From: Myxococcales bacterium
GTDB taxonomy: Bacteria; Myxococcota_A; UBA9042; JABWCM01; BTVJ01
Direction: 5' to 3'
Length of the DNA: 64,000 nucleotides
Assembly: GCA_045863395.1 (NCBI GenBank)
Contig: BTVJ01000024.1
Location: 1-64,000 of the forward strand
This document shows positions 28,412 to 44,187 of the stretch, one piece after another. Each line of letters starts with the position of its first letter. Within the stretch, counting starts at the first letter, position 1. A model generated the notes under the pieces. The model searched no databases and had not been told where the DNA came from. It saw only the letters and a program-made list of their open reading frames with translations. The position numbers and the translations under genes are program-made.

Positions 28412-31309
28412 TCAAGGGGGCGGCTCCACGGGCTCGCACGCGTCTCCCACGCCGTCACCGTCCGCGTCCTCCTGGCCGAGGTTGGGCGTCGTCGGGCAGT
28501 TGTCGCAGGCGTCGCCCACGCCGTCCTCGTCCTGGTCGGCCTGGTTGCCGTTGATGACGGTCGGGCAGTTGTCGCATATGTCGCCCACGCCGTCGGCGCC
28601 GGTCGCGGGGATGGAGAGCTCCGCTCGGATCCACGCGGGGCCCTGGGTGCCCGACGACGGCCAGATCCACGAGGCAAAGACGTCGAGCCACCCCTCGACC
28701 GGGCCCCAGGGGGCCTCCCCATAGGGCGCCACCGGCGACGTCGTGCTCCAGGCCGAGGTGTCGAAGCCGGGGACCTCCCACCCAGCAGGAGGCTCGACCT
28801 CCGTCGACTGCCAGGTGGCCGAGGAGTCCGTCCGCAGCAGGACGTCGCCTCCCTTGCGCGCGAGCGAGAGGAGGGTGCCCTTGTCGCCGCCTCCGTCCAC
28901 GATGCGCTTGGCGATGACGTGGGGGCCGGGCGCCAGCGTTCGCTCCGCGACGCTCCGCTGCGCCCAGCTCGCGTTCTGGATGACCACCTCGCCGTCGATC
29001 CACACCACCTCGTCGTCGTCGGTCGTGGACTCCACCACGATGACCACCGACTGCTCCCCGTCATCCTCCTGCTCCGGGTTCGGTGCCTCGGCGCAGTTGT
29101 CGCAGGCGTCGCCGATGCCGTCGCCGTCCTTGTCTGCCTGGCTCGCATTCGACGCCAAGGGGCAGTTGTCGCAGGCGTCGCCGATGCCGTCGCCGTCCTG
29201 GTCGGCCTGGTCGGGGTTCCACAGGCCGATGCAGTTGTCGCAGGCGTCTCCGACGCCGTCGGCGCCGGACGGGACCTCCACCTCGGCGCGCAGCCACCAC
29301 GTCGCGCCCTCCCCGGTGGGCCAGACCCAGGCGGCCGCCGTGTCCGTCCAGCCCTCCAGTGTGTCGAAGGGCGGATCGCCAGCGGACGCCACCCAGGAGA
29401 GGGGCGCCCACTCTGTGGCGTCGTAGCCCGGCGCGAGCCATGTCGCGTCCACGGGCTCCGTGGCCGTGGCGCGCCACGCGCTGGCGGCCCCCGTGCGCAG
29501 AATCACCGCGTCACCAGCCCGCAGACTCGCGATGGTGCCGGCCGCCTGCTCGGGACCCGCGCCCGCGACCTTCTTGGCGATCACGTGGACTCCCGGGGCC
29601 AAGGCGCGCTCGACGACGCCCCTCTGGAGCGCCCCGCCGGTCAGGACCAGCTCGCCGTCGATCCAGACCTCTTCGCTCGTGCTGCTCGCCGACTCCAGGG
29701 ACACGGCGATGGTCGCCGGTCCTGTGTCCTTCTGGTTGGGGTTGAACACCTTCGGGCAGTTGTCCGCCGCGTCGAGGACCCCGTCGCCGTCCGCGTCCTC
29801 GTCTGGGGTCGTGGTCTTGAGCAGGAGCACCGCCGACGGCGCCCCCTGCCGGCTGATGAACAGGTCCAGGTCCCCGTCGCCGTCCAGGTCGGACGCGACG
29901 ATGCCGAGGCACGCCCCTTCGCCCAGGGAGGCGGGGAGCTTCGCCGAGTAGTCGTACAGGCGGCCCGTGCCGTCGTTGCGCAGGAGCCGGGGCCCGCTGT
30001 CACGGTTGGCGACCAGCACGTCCGCGGAGCCGTCCAGATCGAGATCCGCCGCGGCCACCCGGACCCCGTCGCCGGGCAGGGGGGGGAGCAGCACGTCGCT
30101 GAGGTCGAAGAAGCGCCCGCCTCCGTCGTTTCGCCACAGCGCGTCGTTGGCGCCCGTCGCCACGTAGGCGTCGGGGCGCCCGTCGCCGTCCAGATCCACG
30201 AGCGCCGCGGCCCGGGCCCCGGGGGTCTCCCCCGCCGGTACGCCGTTGGGGGGAGACAACTTGAAGGTGCCGCTCCCGTCGTTCAGATACAGGCGCGTGG
30301 GCGCCTGGTCCCCCAGGATGAGCAGGTCCACGTCGCCATCGCCCTCTACGTCGGCGACGGCGACGCCCGCGCCGGGGAGATCGCCGAAGGGCAGGGCGGT
30401 CGTGCCCAGGTCCTGGAAGGTGCCACCCGCGTTGCGCAGGATCCGGTTGCCGTGCTCGCCGTCACCGGAGAGTGCGAGGTCCAGCTTCCCGTCGCCGTTC
30501 AGGTCGGCGGCGACGACCCCGGTCACGCCGGGGACCATCGGGGCGCTCCACGCGGGCGCCACGTCCACGAAGAAGCCACCGCCGGCGTTGCGCAGCAGCC
30601 GGTGGGGGCCCGCCCGGTTTGCGACGTACAGGTCGACGGCCCCGTCGCCGTCCAGATCCGCCGCCACCAGCGCGACGGGATCGTCGCCCTCCGTGGGCGG
30701 GATGCGGGACCCGCTCTGGTCGGTGAAGGTGGCCGCGCCGTCGTTGATCAGCATTCGAACTCGAGAGAGCTGCACGGCTTGGATCAGGTCCATGTCCCCG
30801 TCGCCGTCCACGTCGGCGGCCACGGCGTCCGTCCCGTCCACCGGCGGCAGGCCGGCGAGGGCCGTGGGGGTCATGTCGACGAGCTGCACCGTGAGCGGGA
30901 CGAAGCGAAATGCGCCCGGGAGCGTCGCCTCCGCGTCGCCCAGCGCCACGGTGACGTCCAGGAGCCCCGCGGGTGATGGGGGAGTCACCGCCGTCGCCGT
31001 CGTAGGGGTCACGGCCGTGACGGCGGCCTCCACGGCGCCGAACCGCACGTGGAGCCCCGCGGCGAAGCCCGTTCCAACGAGGGTGACCGCCTCGCCCCCG
31101 AGTACTGAGCCCTGGTTTGGGGTCACCGTGGTCAGCGCCAGCGATGGCGCCGCAGTGTCCTCCTTCGCCACCGTGCCGTCGGGCCCCGCCCAGGGAGCCC
31201 CATCATCTACCGTGGTCACATCCGCAGTCGACCCCACCTCGTCTGTCGCGCAGCCGCCGAGGAGCACCGCGAGGAGGGCCGCCCACAGCGTTCGATTCCA
31301 CCCGATCAT
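28412..31309 (-). CDS. Lipoprotein: IPT/TIG + FG-GAP/VCBS propeller + TSP3 repeats + two beta-sandwich domains
   Basis: LLGGC lipobox, [21 protein letters not shown], multiple DxDGDGDx[14 protein letters not shown] repeats. Confidence 0.85.
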   Translation of the reverse strand: MIGWNRTLWAALLAVLLGGCATDEVGSTADVTTVDDGAPWAGPDGTVAKEDTAAPSLALTTVTPNQGSVLGGEAVTLVGTGFAAGLHVRFGAVEAAVTAVTPTTATAVTPPSPAGLLDVTVALGDAEATLPGAFRFVPLTVQLVDMTPTALAGLPPVDGTDAVAADVDGDGDMDLIQAVQLSRVRMLINDGAATFTDQSGSRIPPTEGDDPVALVAADLDGDGAVDLYVANRAGPHRLLRNAGGGFFVDVAPAWSAPMVPGVTGVVAADLNGDGKLDLALSGDGEHGNRILRNAGGTFQDLGTTALPFGDLPGAGVAVADVEGDGDVDLLILGDQAPTRLYLNDGSGTFKLSPPNGVPAGETPGARAAALVDLDGDGRPDAYVATGANDALWRNDGGGRFFDLSDVLLPPLPGDGVRVAAADLDLDGSADVLVANRDSGPRLLRNDGTGRLYDYSAKLPASLGEGACLGIVASDLDGDGDLDLFISRQGAPSAVLLLKTTTPDEDADGDGVLDAADNCPKVFNPNQKDTGPATIAVSLESASSTSEEVWIDGELVLTGGALQRGVVERALAPGVHVIAKKVAGAGPEQAAGTIASLRAGDAVILRTGAASAWRATATEPVDATWLAPGYDATEWAPLSWVASAGDPPFDTLEGWTDTAAAWVWPTGEGATWWLRAEVEVPSGADGVGDACDNCIGLWNPDQADQDGDGIGDACDNCPLASNASQADKDGDGIGDACDNCAEAPNPEQEDDGEQSVVIVVESTTDDDEVVWIDGEVVIQNASWAQRSVAERTLAPGPHVIAKRIVDGGGDKGTLLSLARKGGDVLLRTDSSATWQSTEVEPPAGWEVPGFDTSAWSTTSPVAPYGEAPWGPVEGWLDVFASWIWPSSGTQGPAWIRAELSIPATGADGVGDICDNCPTVINGNQADQDEDGVGDACDNCPTTPNLGQEDADGDGVGDACEPVEPPP

Positions 31310-32934
31310 GGCTTCCCCTCCTCGACGCACAGGATCAAGCGGTTTGGCACGCCCGGCCCCTCCAGGAACAGGAGGTCCAGGTCCCCGTCGCCGTCCGCGT
31401 CGAAGGGGACGATGGCGCGGGTGGGGTCCAGCAACAGGGGCAGGAGCGGCGTGTGGTCCTGGAGCTTGCCCGTGCTCGCCGACAGGTAGAGCCGATCCTG
31501 CTGCATGTCGTTGGCGATGAGCATGTCCGGGTCGCCATCCATGTCGAGATCGCGGACCACCACGTGGACCCCATCGGACACGTCCACCGGCATGCTGGCG
31601 AGCGTGTCGTCGAAGAAGAAGCCCTGGCCGTCGTTGCGCAGGAGCCGATCCTGAGCTCCTGGCCGGATGACGACCAGGTCCACGTCGCCGTCGGCGTCCA
31701 CGTCTGCTGCGGCCAAGGCGGTCACAGGGCCATCTCCGTTGGGAAGCATCCCGTCGGGAGAATCCACGAAGCGGCCCCCGGACTGGAGGAGCAGGCGCAG
31801 GGTGAGGCCGTCGTCACTGGTCAGGTTGCCGGCGATCAGGTCGGGGAGGCCGTCCCCGTTGACGTCGGCGAGCGCGAGCGCAGTGGTGGCCTCCGCGTGA
31901 GGGGGCATCCAGGTGGCGTCGGCGCGCACGTAGACGCCGGTCTTCGCGGCGCCCAGGTACAGGCGGTTGGAGGTGCCAGACCCAGCGTCCCGGTCCGCCA
32001 CCAGCAGATCGAGCACGCCATCACCGTTCACATCCCCGGCCAGGATGACGCCCAGGTTCCCCGGGTCGTCGGGGAGCAGCGAGTCCGCCGCGACGAGGTC
32101 GCCGGCGCAGTTGCCCGCGTAGGAGCGCCATCGGTCCTCGTGCGTCACCACCAGGTCCAGGCAGCCGTCCGCGTTCAGGTCCAAGGCGACGGCCGCGCGG
32201 GCGGGCGGCGGCGGCTCCTCCACGGGCGGGAGCGGGCCTGCGTCCTCCGCTGTCTCCCCATCACTGGTGCCCCCGTCAGCGTCGCCGTCGGTGGAGCCGG
32301 CGTCCGCGTCGATGGGGGGAGGGGGGACCGCGGGGAGCGTGAAGTTGCCGTTGCCGTCGTTGCGAAGCAGGACGGGCAGCCCGTCGGCGACGATGACCAG
32401 GTCCTGGTCGCCGTCCCCGTCCCAGTCATGGGCGACCGCCGCCTGGGAGTCCTTCTCCTTCAGGCCAGGGAACGCGTAGCTCGGCACCTCACCGTAGGCC
32501 AGAGAGAGACCGCCCACGTGGAAGCTGCCCTCGAGGACGGCGCTCTGGCCCCCCGGGACGACCACCTCCACGTCGTGCGCCCCCGCCGGTAGCGGCGGAG
32601 TCAGGACCCGCAGCGACGTCGGGTCGATCACCTCGAGCCCTGGCGCCTCGACCCCGCCGAAGCGCACGTTGGCGCCAGCGGCGAAGCCCGCGCCGCTCAC
32701 GATGACGAGCTCGCCACCGGAGGGGCGCCCTGATGACGGAGTCACCGCGGTCACCGCCAGTGGGACGGCCGGGTTCGCTGCATCCGTGGTGGCCACGCCG
32801 ACGGCGTCCCCGGTTGGCGCTGCATCAGCGCCCGAGACCGTCTCGGGTTCATTGGCGGTGGTGGAGGCGGGCGACGTGCAAGCCGCGCAGGCCACGACCC
32901 CAGCGAGCGTCATCGCGACTCGAAACACATTCAT
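31306..32934 (-). CDS. Lipoprotein: IPT/TIG + FG-GAP/VCBS repeats
   Basis: Signal peptide with Cys, [21 protein letters not shown], DxxGDGxxDL repeats; 4-bp overlap with the next gene. Confidence 0.85.
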   Translation of the reverse strand: MNVFRVAMTLAGVVACAACTSPASTTANEPETVSGADAAPTGDAVGVATTDAANPAVPLAVTAVTPSSGRPSGGELVIVSGAGFAAGANVRFGGVEAPGLEVIDPTSLRVLTPPLPAGAHDVEVVVPGGQSAVLEGSFHVGGLSLAYGEVPSYAFPGLKEKDSQAAVAHDWDGDGDQDLVIVADGLPVLLRNDGNGNFTLPAVPPPPIDADAGSTDGDADGGTSDGETAEDAGPLPPVEEPPPPARAAVALDLNADGCLDLVVTHEDRWRSYAGNCAGDLVAADSLLPDDPGNLGVILAGDVNGDGVLDLLVADRDAGSGTSNRLYLGAAKTGVYVRADATWMPPHAEATTALALADVNGDGLPDLIAGNLTSDDGLTLRLLLQSGGRFVDSPDGMLPNGDGPVTALAAADVDADGDVDLVVIRPGAQDRLLRNDGQGFFFDDTLASMPVDVSDGVHVVVRDLDMDGDPDMLIANDMQQDRLYLSASTGKLQDHTPLLPLLLDPTRAIVPFDADGDGDLDLLFLEGPGVPNRLILCVEEGKP

Positions 32935-32968
32935 GTCTGCGGCGCCTCTCGGAGAGGAGAGCTTGGTG

Positions 32969-34822
32969 TCACGCACTGCGGCTGCCCCCCGTGCGGCGCG
33001 TCGCCCAGCCAAGAGCCAGGAGGAGCGCGAGGACAAGGCCTGGCTCGACGGCGCGGGAGCCACACCCGGCAGCGTCGGGAGAGGGCTTGGCGGCTTGGGC
33101 CGCCGTGGATTGCTCCGACGGCGTGGGAGCAGGCGCGGCTGGGCTCTGATCCGTCGCGGGGGCTGGCAGCTCCTCGCCGGATGGACCTCCCTGCTCTGGC
33201 GCCAGCGCCCCCGCGAAGGGCTGGAGGGCCTCGGGGACGACCAGAATCTCCACGTCGATGCTCGGGTGCGGGCACCGCATGGCGTCACCGCCCGCGCCCA
33301 GCAGCGTCAGGCGTGCGGAGACGACGCCCGTCGCCTTGAGGCTCACGGCGACCGGGAACTCGAGGCGCGCGATCTCACCGGGTGGTATGTCCGCGCCCGT
33401 GACGGCCGCCACGTTCCAGGCAGGCCACTGGCCCGGCGGCGCAAGCGGGCTCGGCTCGCCGGGACCGGCCCCGGTGGCCCCGAGCCACACCGCGCCCTTC
33501 TTCCACGTGGACGTGCCCATGTTGCGGGCCACGACCCAGGCGGTGCCTGCCGCACCGGGCGCCAGCATCTTCGGGTGGGACACGTCGAGCACGTCGGCCG
33601 CCCACGCTGGCGGTGGGTCCCCGAGCACCTTCGGCTCCGCCTCGTCCAGAGGCCCGTCGCAGTCGTTGTCCAGGTCGTCGCAGAGCTCGTCGCTCGGGTC
33701 CACCAGGCGCACGCAGGTCTTCCACCCCGCCACGCACCGCACGCGCCCATCTCTGCACACGCCCAGCTCCTGGGTGTCGCACACGAGGGTGCCGCCCTCC
33801 GGGTCTGGACCCTCGCAGGCCGACCAGCCCGCCCACTGGCAGTCGCCGCCGCAGGACCGGCCGTGGAGGCCGCAGTCACCGCAAGCCTCGGTCTGCGACG
33901 CACCGGGAGCGCAGGGGCCCTCGCCCATGCACCCGCTCCAGCCGCCCCAGCTACACCCTCCACCGCAGGTGCGCGTCTGGTGGCCGCAGTTGCCGCAGCC
34001 CTGCTGCTGCGTGGCGCCGGCCACGCACTCGCCCTGCGCCGCACACCCGCTCCAGCCGCCCCACTGGCAGGCGGCCGTGCAGGTCCGGCTCTGGTGGCCG
34101 CACGCGCCGCAGCCTTGGTTCTGCGTGGCGCCCGGGGCGCAGGGGCCCTGGCCGTTGCACCCCGTCCAGGCGCCCCAGGTGCTGCCCGACGTGCAGGTGC
34201 GGGTCTTGGCGCCGCACTGCCCGCACGCCTGGGACTGGACCTGGCCCGGGTTGCACTCCCCACCGCCGCCCCCGCCGCCCAGGTTGTGCCGGCGCGCAGC
34301 GGAGTAGCTGCTGCCCGCCGTGCGCACGTTGTGCACGCAGCCGTAGCTGCACCCCTTGCACTCGTAGGCCCAGTGGCTCCCCCACGGGTCGCCCGACTCG
34401 TAGATCAGGACGTGGGTGCTGCTGGCCAGTGCGTCGCCCTTGAGCATGGACGAGCGGGAGATCTTGTCCCAGTAGGTCGCGCTCTTGGTGTACGAGGCCG
34501 CCACGTAGGGCCCGTGGCCGCAGGTGGAGGTGGAGATGGCGTTCGGGACCTGCCACACCTTGGTGGTGAAGCCGGAGCAGTCTGCGCCGTAGCTGCCCGA
34601 GTGGTTGCAGCTCGGGCAGTTCCCCGAGCAACTCCCCTTGCTGCACGAGAAGTTGGGAGAGCAGCCGTTGGAGCACCAGCAGCCGCCCCCCCAATAGTAG
34701 GAGAACCCGACGCCCGACTTGGCGCGGCAGATGATCTCGTCCCGCGACATGGTGGGCAGCGCGATCGCGTCTGCTGCGAGCAGCGCGGCGAACGTGGTGA
34801 CGGCCAGGCGCAACCCGCTCAT
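32969..34822 (-). CDS. Secreted NlpC/P60-like enzyme with 4 TSP1-like Cys repeats, MopE-type motif, Ig-like domain and MYXO-CTERM-like anchor
   Basis: YYWGG...ADCSGF...THV; ELCDDLDNDCDGPLDE; RNMGTSTW; tail AGCGSR-hydrophobic stretch-RR. Confidence 0.72.
   Translation of the reverse strand: MSGLRLAVTTFAALLAADAIALPTMSRDEIICRAKSGVGFSYYWGGGCWCSNGCSPNFSCSKGSCSGNCPSCNHSGSYGADCSGFTTKVWQVPNAISTSTCGHGPYVAASYTKSATYWDKISRSSMLKGDALASSTHVLIYESGDPWGSHWAYECKGCSYGCVHNVRTAGSSYSAARRHNLGGGGGGGECNPGQVQSQACGQCGAKTRTCTSGSTWGAWTGCNGQGPCAPGATQNQGCGACGHQSRTCTAACQWGGWSGCAAQGECVAGATQQQGCGNCGHQTRTCGGGCSWGGWSGCMGEGPCAPGASQTEACGDCGLHGRSCGGDCQWAGWSACEGPDPEGGTLVCDTQELGVCRDGRVRCVAGWKTCVRLVDPSDELCDDLDNDCDGPLDEAEPKVLGDPPPAWAADVLDVSHPKMLAPGAAGTAWVVARNMGTSTWKKGAVWLGATGAGPGEPSPLAPPGQWPAWNVAAVTGADIPPGEIARLEFPVAVSLKATGVVSARLTLLGAGGDAMRCPHPSIDVEILVVPEALQPFAGALAPEQGGPSGEELPAPATDQSPAAPAPTPSEQSTAAQAAKPSPDAAGCGSRAVEPGLVLALLLALGWATRRTGGSRSA
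33809..34261 (-). repeat. Four tandem ~38-aa (114-bp) Cys/Trp coding repeats
   Basis: GxCxxGxxQxxxCGxCGxxxRxCxxxxxWxxWxxC x4 in the translation. Confidence 0.85.
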
Positions 34823-35778
34823 CGCGCCCCTCCCAGGCGGCCGAAGCGCAGGACCTGCGGTCCGTGCGGGAGGATCGCGAGCTGGTAGAGGCCGCCGTCG
34901 CCGCCCAGGTCCAGCTCCCGGACCTGCTCGTACTCCGTGAGTACATGAGGGGACCGGGCCACCGGGCCGCGCTCGCCGATGGCCGAGAAGGTGTGGATCT
35001 CCGTGTGCTCCGCCACGACCTCGACGCCGCCCTCGTCGAAGCGCATGACGTGGAGCGCGATCATCAGGGAGCCGCGAGCGTCGTCCTCCAGCCACGCGAT
35101 GCGGGCGATGGGGCCCTCCGCCGTGATCGGGAGGCGCTGGAGCACCGCGCCCTCCCGCGAGACCCATTCCACCAGAGCGCCGCCCGCCCCGTCCAGGGCC
35201 GCGACGAGGCTGCGACCGGCTACCGCCGACGGGCGACCGGGAACCGCCGTGCGCTCGCACGGGTCGAGGCGGTCATCGAGGACGCGAACCGACATGCGGT
35301 GCTCCACCTCGAGCCAGACGCCGTCAGCCCGCGCAAGCAGCGCAGTGACCGCGCCACCCTCGGGAATGTGCTCGCCGAGGATCGGCACCTCGCGGGAGGC
35401 GCCCGTCGCCTCGTCTGCGATGAGCACGCTCTGCCGCACGAGCCGGTCGAGGACCAGGAGGCGCCCGTCCGGGGCGATCTCGACGTCCTGGAAGGTGTCT
35501 CCGGGGAGCGAGATCTCGCCGACGACGCTGCCGTCCGGGCGGAAGTGGACGACCCGCGAGCTGACCTGATCCAGCACGTAGACGTCGCCAGTCGAGGCGA
35601 CCGCGAAGCTCATGGGCCCCTCGGGGCTCGACTCGTTGCCATCCCGCAAGGCGATCATCGCGCCGCCGGACCCCCACGGGACCTGGAGCGCGATCTGGGC
35701 CGTCTGATGTGCGTCGACCTGTGGCGGGTCGCCAGTAAGGGCAAGGAGGAGCGCGTGGAGGAGTGCGATGGTGCCCAT
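34819..35778 (-). CDS. Secreted NHL/beta-propeller-like protein
   Basis: Signal peptide, EGPMSFAVASTGDVYVLDQVSSRV blade motifs; ATGA overlap with the downstream gene. Confidence 0.68.
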   Translation of the reverse strand: MGTIALLHALLLALTGDPPQVDAHQTAQIALQVPWGSGGAMIALRDGNESSPEGPMSFAVASTGDVYVLDQVSSRVVHFRPDGSVVGEISLPGDTFQDVEIAPDGRLLVLDRLVRQSVLIADEATGASREVPILGEHIPEGGAVTALLARADGVWLEVEHRMSVRVLDDRLDPCERTAVPGRPSAVAGRSLVAALDGAGGALVEWVSREGAVLQRLPITAEGPIARIAWLEDDARGSLMIALHVMRFDEGGVEVVAEHTEIHTFSAIGERGPVARSPHVLTEYEQVRELDLGGDGGLYQLAILPHGPQVLRFGRLGGAR

Positions 35779-35910
35779 AGTGGCCGCTACCTCGGCGCCC
35801 CCGGGAAGTTCAGAGCCTGGTGCGCAGGGATCACCTTACGGCGAGTCGTCGGCACCCGCGCATGGTAGGGCTCCGGCGCGCGTAGCGTCAAGCCAGAAGC
35901 CACCTCTGGC

Positions 35911-41493
<5,583 letters not shown>

Positions 41494-41712
41494 GGGGGAC
41501 CTTCCTTGTGAGAAGCGTTGCGGTGTCGACCTCTACGGTACTCCTGAGCCGCCGGTGCCACAACTGCGTGTCACCCTTGACACACAAGGGCGGCCCGCCG
41601 CCCGCCGGAGCGCCGCAAGTCACCGAAAGCCAAGCCGCATCCGCCCGCACGTCAAGCTGGCGCCCTCCTTGCTATGCCTGGTCGGCGAGGACAACACACG
41701 AAGGAGGCAGCC

Positions 41713-44187
41713 ATGAACGCATGGATACGGTGGAGCATCCTGGCGGCGACCCTGATCGCGGCCCTGGCGGTGAGCGGCCCGGCGACCTCCGGGGAGCGCC
41801 CGGCCCTGGTCGGCCGCACGGCGGACGGCGCCGAGGCGGCGTTCACGCTGGCGAGGACCGAGGTCGCAGGCGAGATCCTCAGCGGGTGGGCCCGCATCGC
41901 CGTCACACAGACCTGGGAGAACCCGTTCACGGCGCCCCTGGAGGGCGTCTACCGCTTTCCGCTTCCCCACGACGCCGCGGTGGACCGGGTCGCCATGGTC
42001 GTCGGGACCCGGCTCATCGAGGGCCAGGTCATGGAGCGGGAGCGCGCCGAGCAGGTGTACGAGGCAGCGCGGGACGAGGGGCGCCACGCGGCGCTCACCG
42101 AGGAGGAGCGGCCCAACGTGTTCACCCAGACCGTCGCGAACGTGATGCCCGGGGAGACCATCCTCGTGACGCTGCGCTTCGTGATGCCGCTGGCGCTGGA
42201 GGACGGCGAGTACACCCTGGCGCTGCCGACGACCATCGGGCCCCGGTACGTCCCGGCCCACAAGGCTGGCGACCCGGCCATGGCGCGGGTGACGGCTCCG
42301 GTCCTGGCCGCGGGGGAGGACCCGGGCCACCGCCTCGACGTGACGCTGCGAATCCGCCCCGGCCTGCCGCTCTTGGGCGTCCACAGCCAGACCCACTCCA
42401 TCGCCGTGACCCACGCGGCGCCCGACGACGCGACGGTCACGCTGGACCCCGACGACCGGATCCCCGACAAGGACCTGGTGCTGCGGTACCGCGTCGCGTC
42501 CAGGGCACCGTTGGCAGGTGTCCTGGCGACCCGCAGCGGTGAGGGCCCCGGCACCTTCGCGCTGACCGTGGAGCCCCCGTCGCCGACGGCCGGGGTGGCG
42601 GTCCGCCCCCGCGAGCTGGTGTTCGTGGTCGACACGTCGGGCTCCATGATGGGCGAGCCCGTGGAGAAGGCGAAGGCCGTCATCCGTCGCGCCTTGGCGA
42701 ACCTCGGTGCCGCGGACACCTTCCAGATCATCAACTTCTCGTCGTCTGCGTCCTCCCTGTCGCCCACGCCCCTCGACCGGTCTCCTCAGAACCTCCGGCG
42801 GGGCCTCCAGTACGTCGACCACCTGGCAGGGGAGGGGGGCACGGAGATGCTCGCCGGGGTCCGCGCGGCGCTGGCCGGGGCACCGCCGGCGGGGCGCCTG
42901 CGCATCGTGCTGTTCCTGACCGACGGCTACATCGGAAATGACGCCGAGGTCATCGACTACGTCGCGGCCCACATCGGCCAGGCGCGCCTGTTTGCGCTGG
43001 GCGTGGGCTCCAGCGTGAACCGGTATCTGCTCGACCGGCTCGCCGCGGCCGGGAGGGGCGCGGTCGAGTACGTCACCCCCTACGAGCCCGAGGACGACGT
43101 CGCCGACCGCTTCAGCGCGCGCATCGACGCGCCGGTGCTCACGGACATCGAGATTGACTGGGGCGGTCTGCCCGTCCACGGGATCTCCCCGCTGCCGATC
43201 CCTGACCTGTTCATCGGGCAGCCGCTGCGGGTCCTCGGCCGGTACGAGCGGGCCGCCAAGGGCACGGTGCAGGTGCGGGGAGTCAGCGACGGGAAGGAGG
43301 TGACCATCGACGTCCCGGTGAGTCTCCCTGCGGTGTCTGCCGGCATGGAGATGATCGAGACCGTCTGGGCGCGTCGGGAGATCGACCGGATCACTGGCGA
43401 CGCGACCCCAGAGCAGGTCCGCCGGGCGACGGATCTGGCCCTGGAGCACCGCATCCTGTCTCCGTGGACCTCCTTCGTCGCGGTGGAGCGTGACGCCGTG
43501 GCGAATCCGTCCCCCGAGCAGCTCAGGACAGCCCTCGCGGCCGTCTATCTGCCCGACGGTGTCGAACACGCCGGTATCTTCGGCGAGCCCAAGCCCCCGG
43601 CGCTGCTGACGCCCGACCGCATCATGCCCGGCGACCCGGACATCCTGGTCCACGCCCCGCGAGACGCCCGGCGGGTGTTTGCGCTGCTGCCGTGGGGGGA
43701 GCCGGTGATCTGCGTGTGGGTCGAGGGAGAGGGCGCGTTCATGGGACGCTTCCTCGTGCCGCGGGAGGCGGCGGAGGGGCTGTACCCCGTGAGGGTCTAC
43801 GTGGAGCACGCTGACGGCACGAAGCAGTCCTACTCCCTGGTCTACCGGGTGGACTTCACGGCGCCCGTCATGGAGCTGGAGCTGCCGCGGGGGATCCTCG
43901 CCGCCGGATCGGTGCTCTCCCTGCGCGCAATCCCGATCGAGGGAGTCTACGAGGGGAAGGCCGTCCGCAAGGTCGGCAAGGTGACCGTCCGCATGAGGAC
44001 CGACGTCAAGCGCGTCTCGGTGAGGGTCGGCGACGTGCAGACGCTGCTCGCGCAGACTCCCCGGGGTGAGGCGTGGGAGGGGCACCTGCGGTTGCCGGAG
44101 ACTCCGGGTGAATATGCCGTAGAGCTCGTCGTGACGGACTTCGCTGGGAACTCCATGCGCCAGACGGCGACCGTGGTGGTGCGATGA
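41713..44187 (+). CDS. Secreted VIT + vWA domain protein with C-terminal Ig-like extensions
   Basis: QTWENP...EGVYRFPLP...FTQTVANV (VIT), VVDTSGSM, GGTEM, FLTDG. AGGAGG RBS. Confidence 0.88.
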   Translation: MNAWIRWSILAATLIAALAVSGPATSGERPALVGRTADGAEAAFTLARTEVAGEILSGWARIAVTQTWENPFTAPLEGVYRFPLPHDAAVDRVAMVVGTRLIEGQVMERERAEQVYEAARDEGRHAALTEEERPNVFTQTVANVMPGETILVTLRFVMPLALEDGEYTLALPTTIGPRYVPAHKAGDPAMARVTAPVLAAGEDPGHRLDVTLRIRPGLPLLGVHSQTHSIAVTHAAPDDATVTLDPDDRIPDKDLVLRYRVASRAPLAGVLATRSGEGPGTFALTVEPPSPTAGVAVRPRELVFVVDTSGSMMGEPVEKAKAVIRRALANLGAADTFQIINFSSSASSLSPTPLDRSPQNLRRGLQYVDHLAGEGGTEMLAGVRAALAGAPPAGRLRIVLFLTDGYIGNDAEVIDYVAAHIGQARLFALGVGSSVNRYLLDRLAAAGRGAVEYVTPYEPEDDVADRFSARIDAPVLTDIEIDWGGLPVHGISPLPIPDLFIGQPLRVLGRYERAAKGTVQVRGVSDGKEVTIDVPVSLPAVSAGMEMIETVWARREIDRITGDATPEQVRRATDLALEHRILSPWTSFVAVERDAVANPSPEQLRTALAAVYLPDGVEHAGIFGEPKPPALLTPDRIMPGDPDILVHAPRDARRVFALLPWGEPVICVWVEGEGAFMGRFLVPREAAEGLYPVRVYVEHADGTKQSYSLVYRVDFTAPVMELELPRGILAAGSVLSLRAIPIEGVYEGKAVRKVGKVTVRMRTDVKRVSVRVGDVQTLLAQTPRGEAWEGHLRLPETPGEYAVELVVTDFAGNSMRQTATVVVR

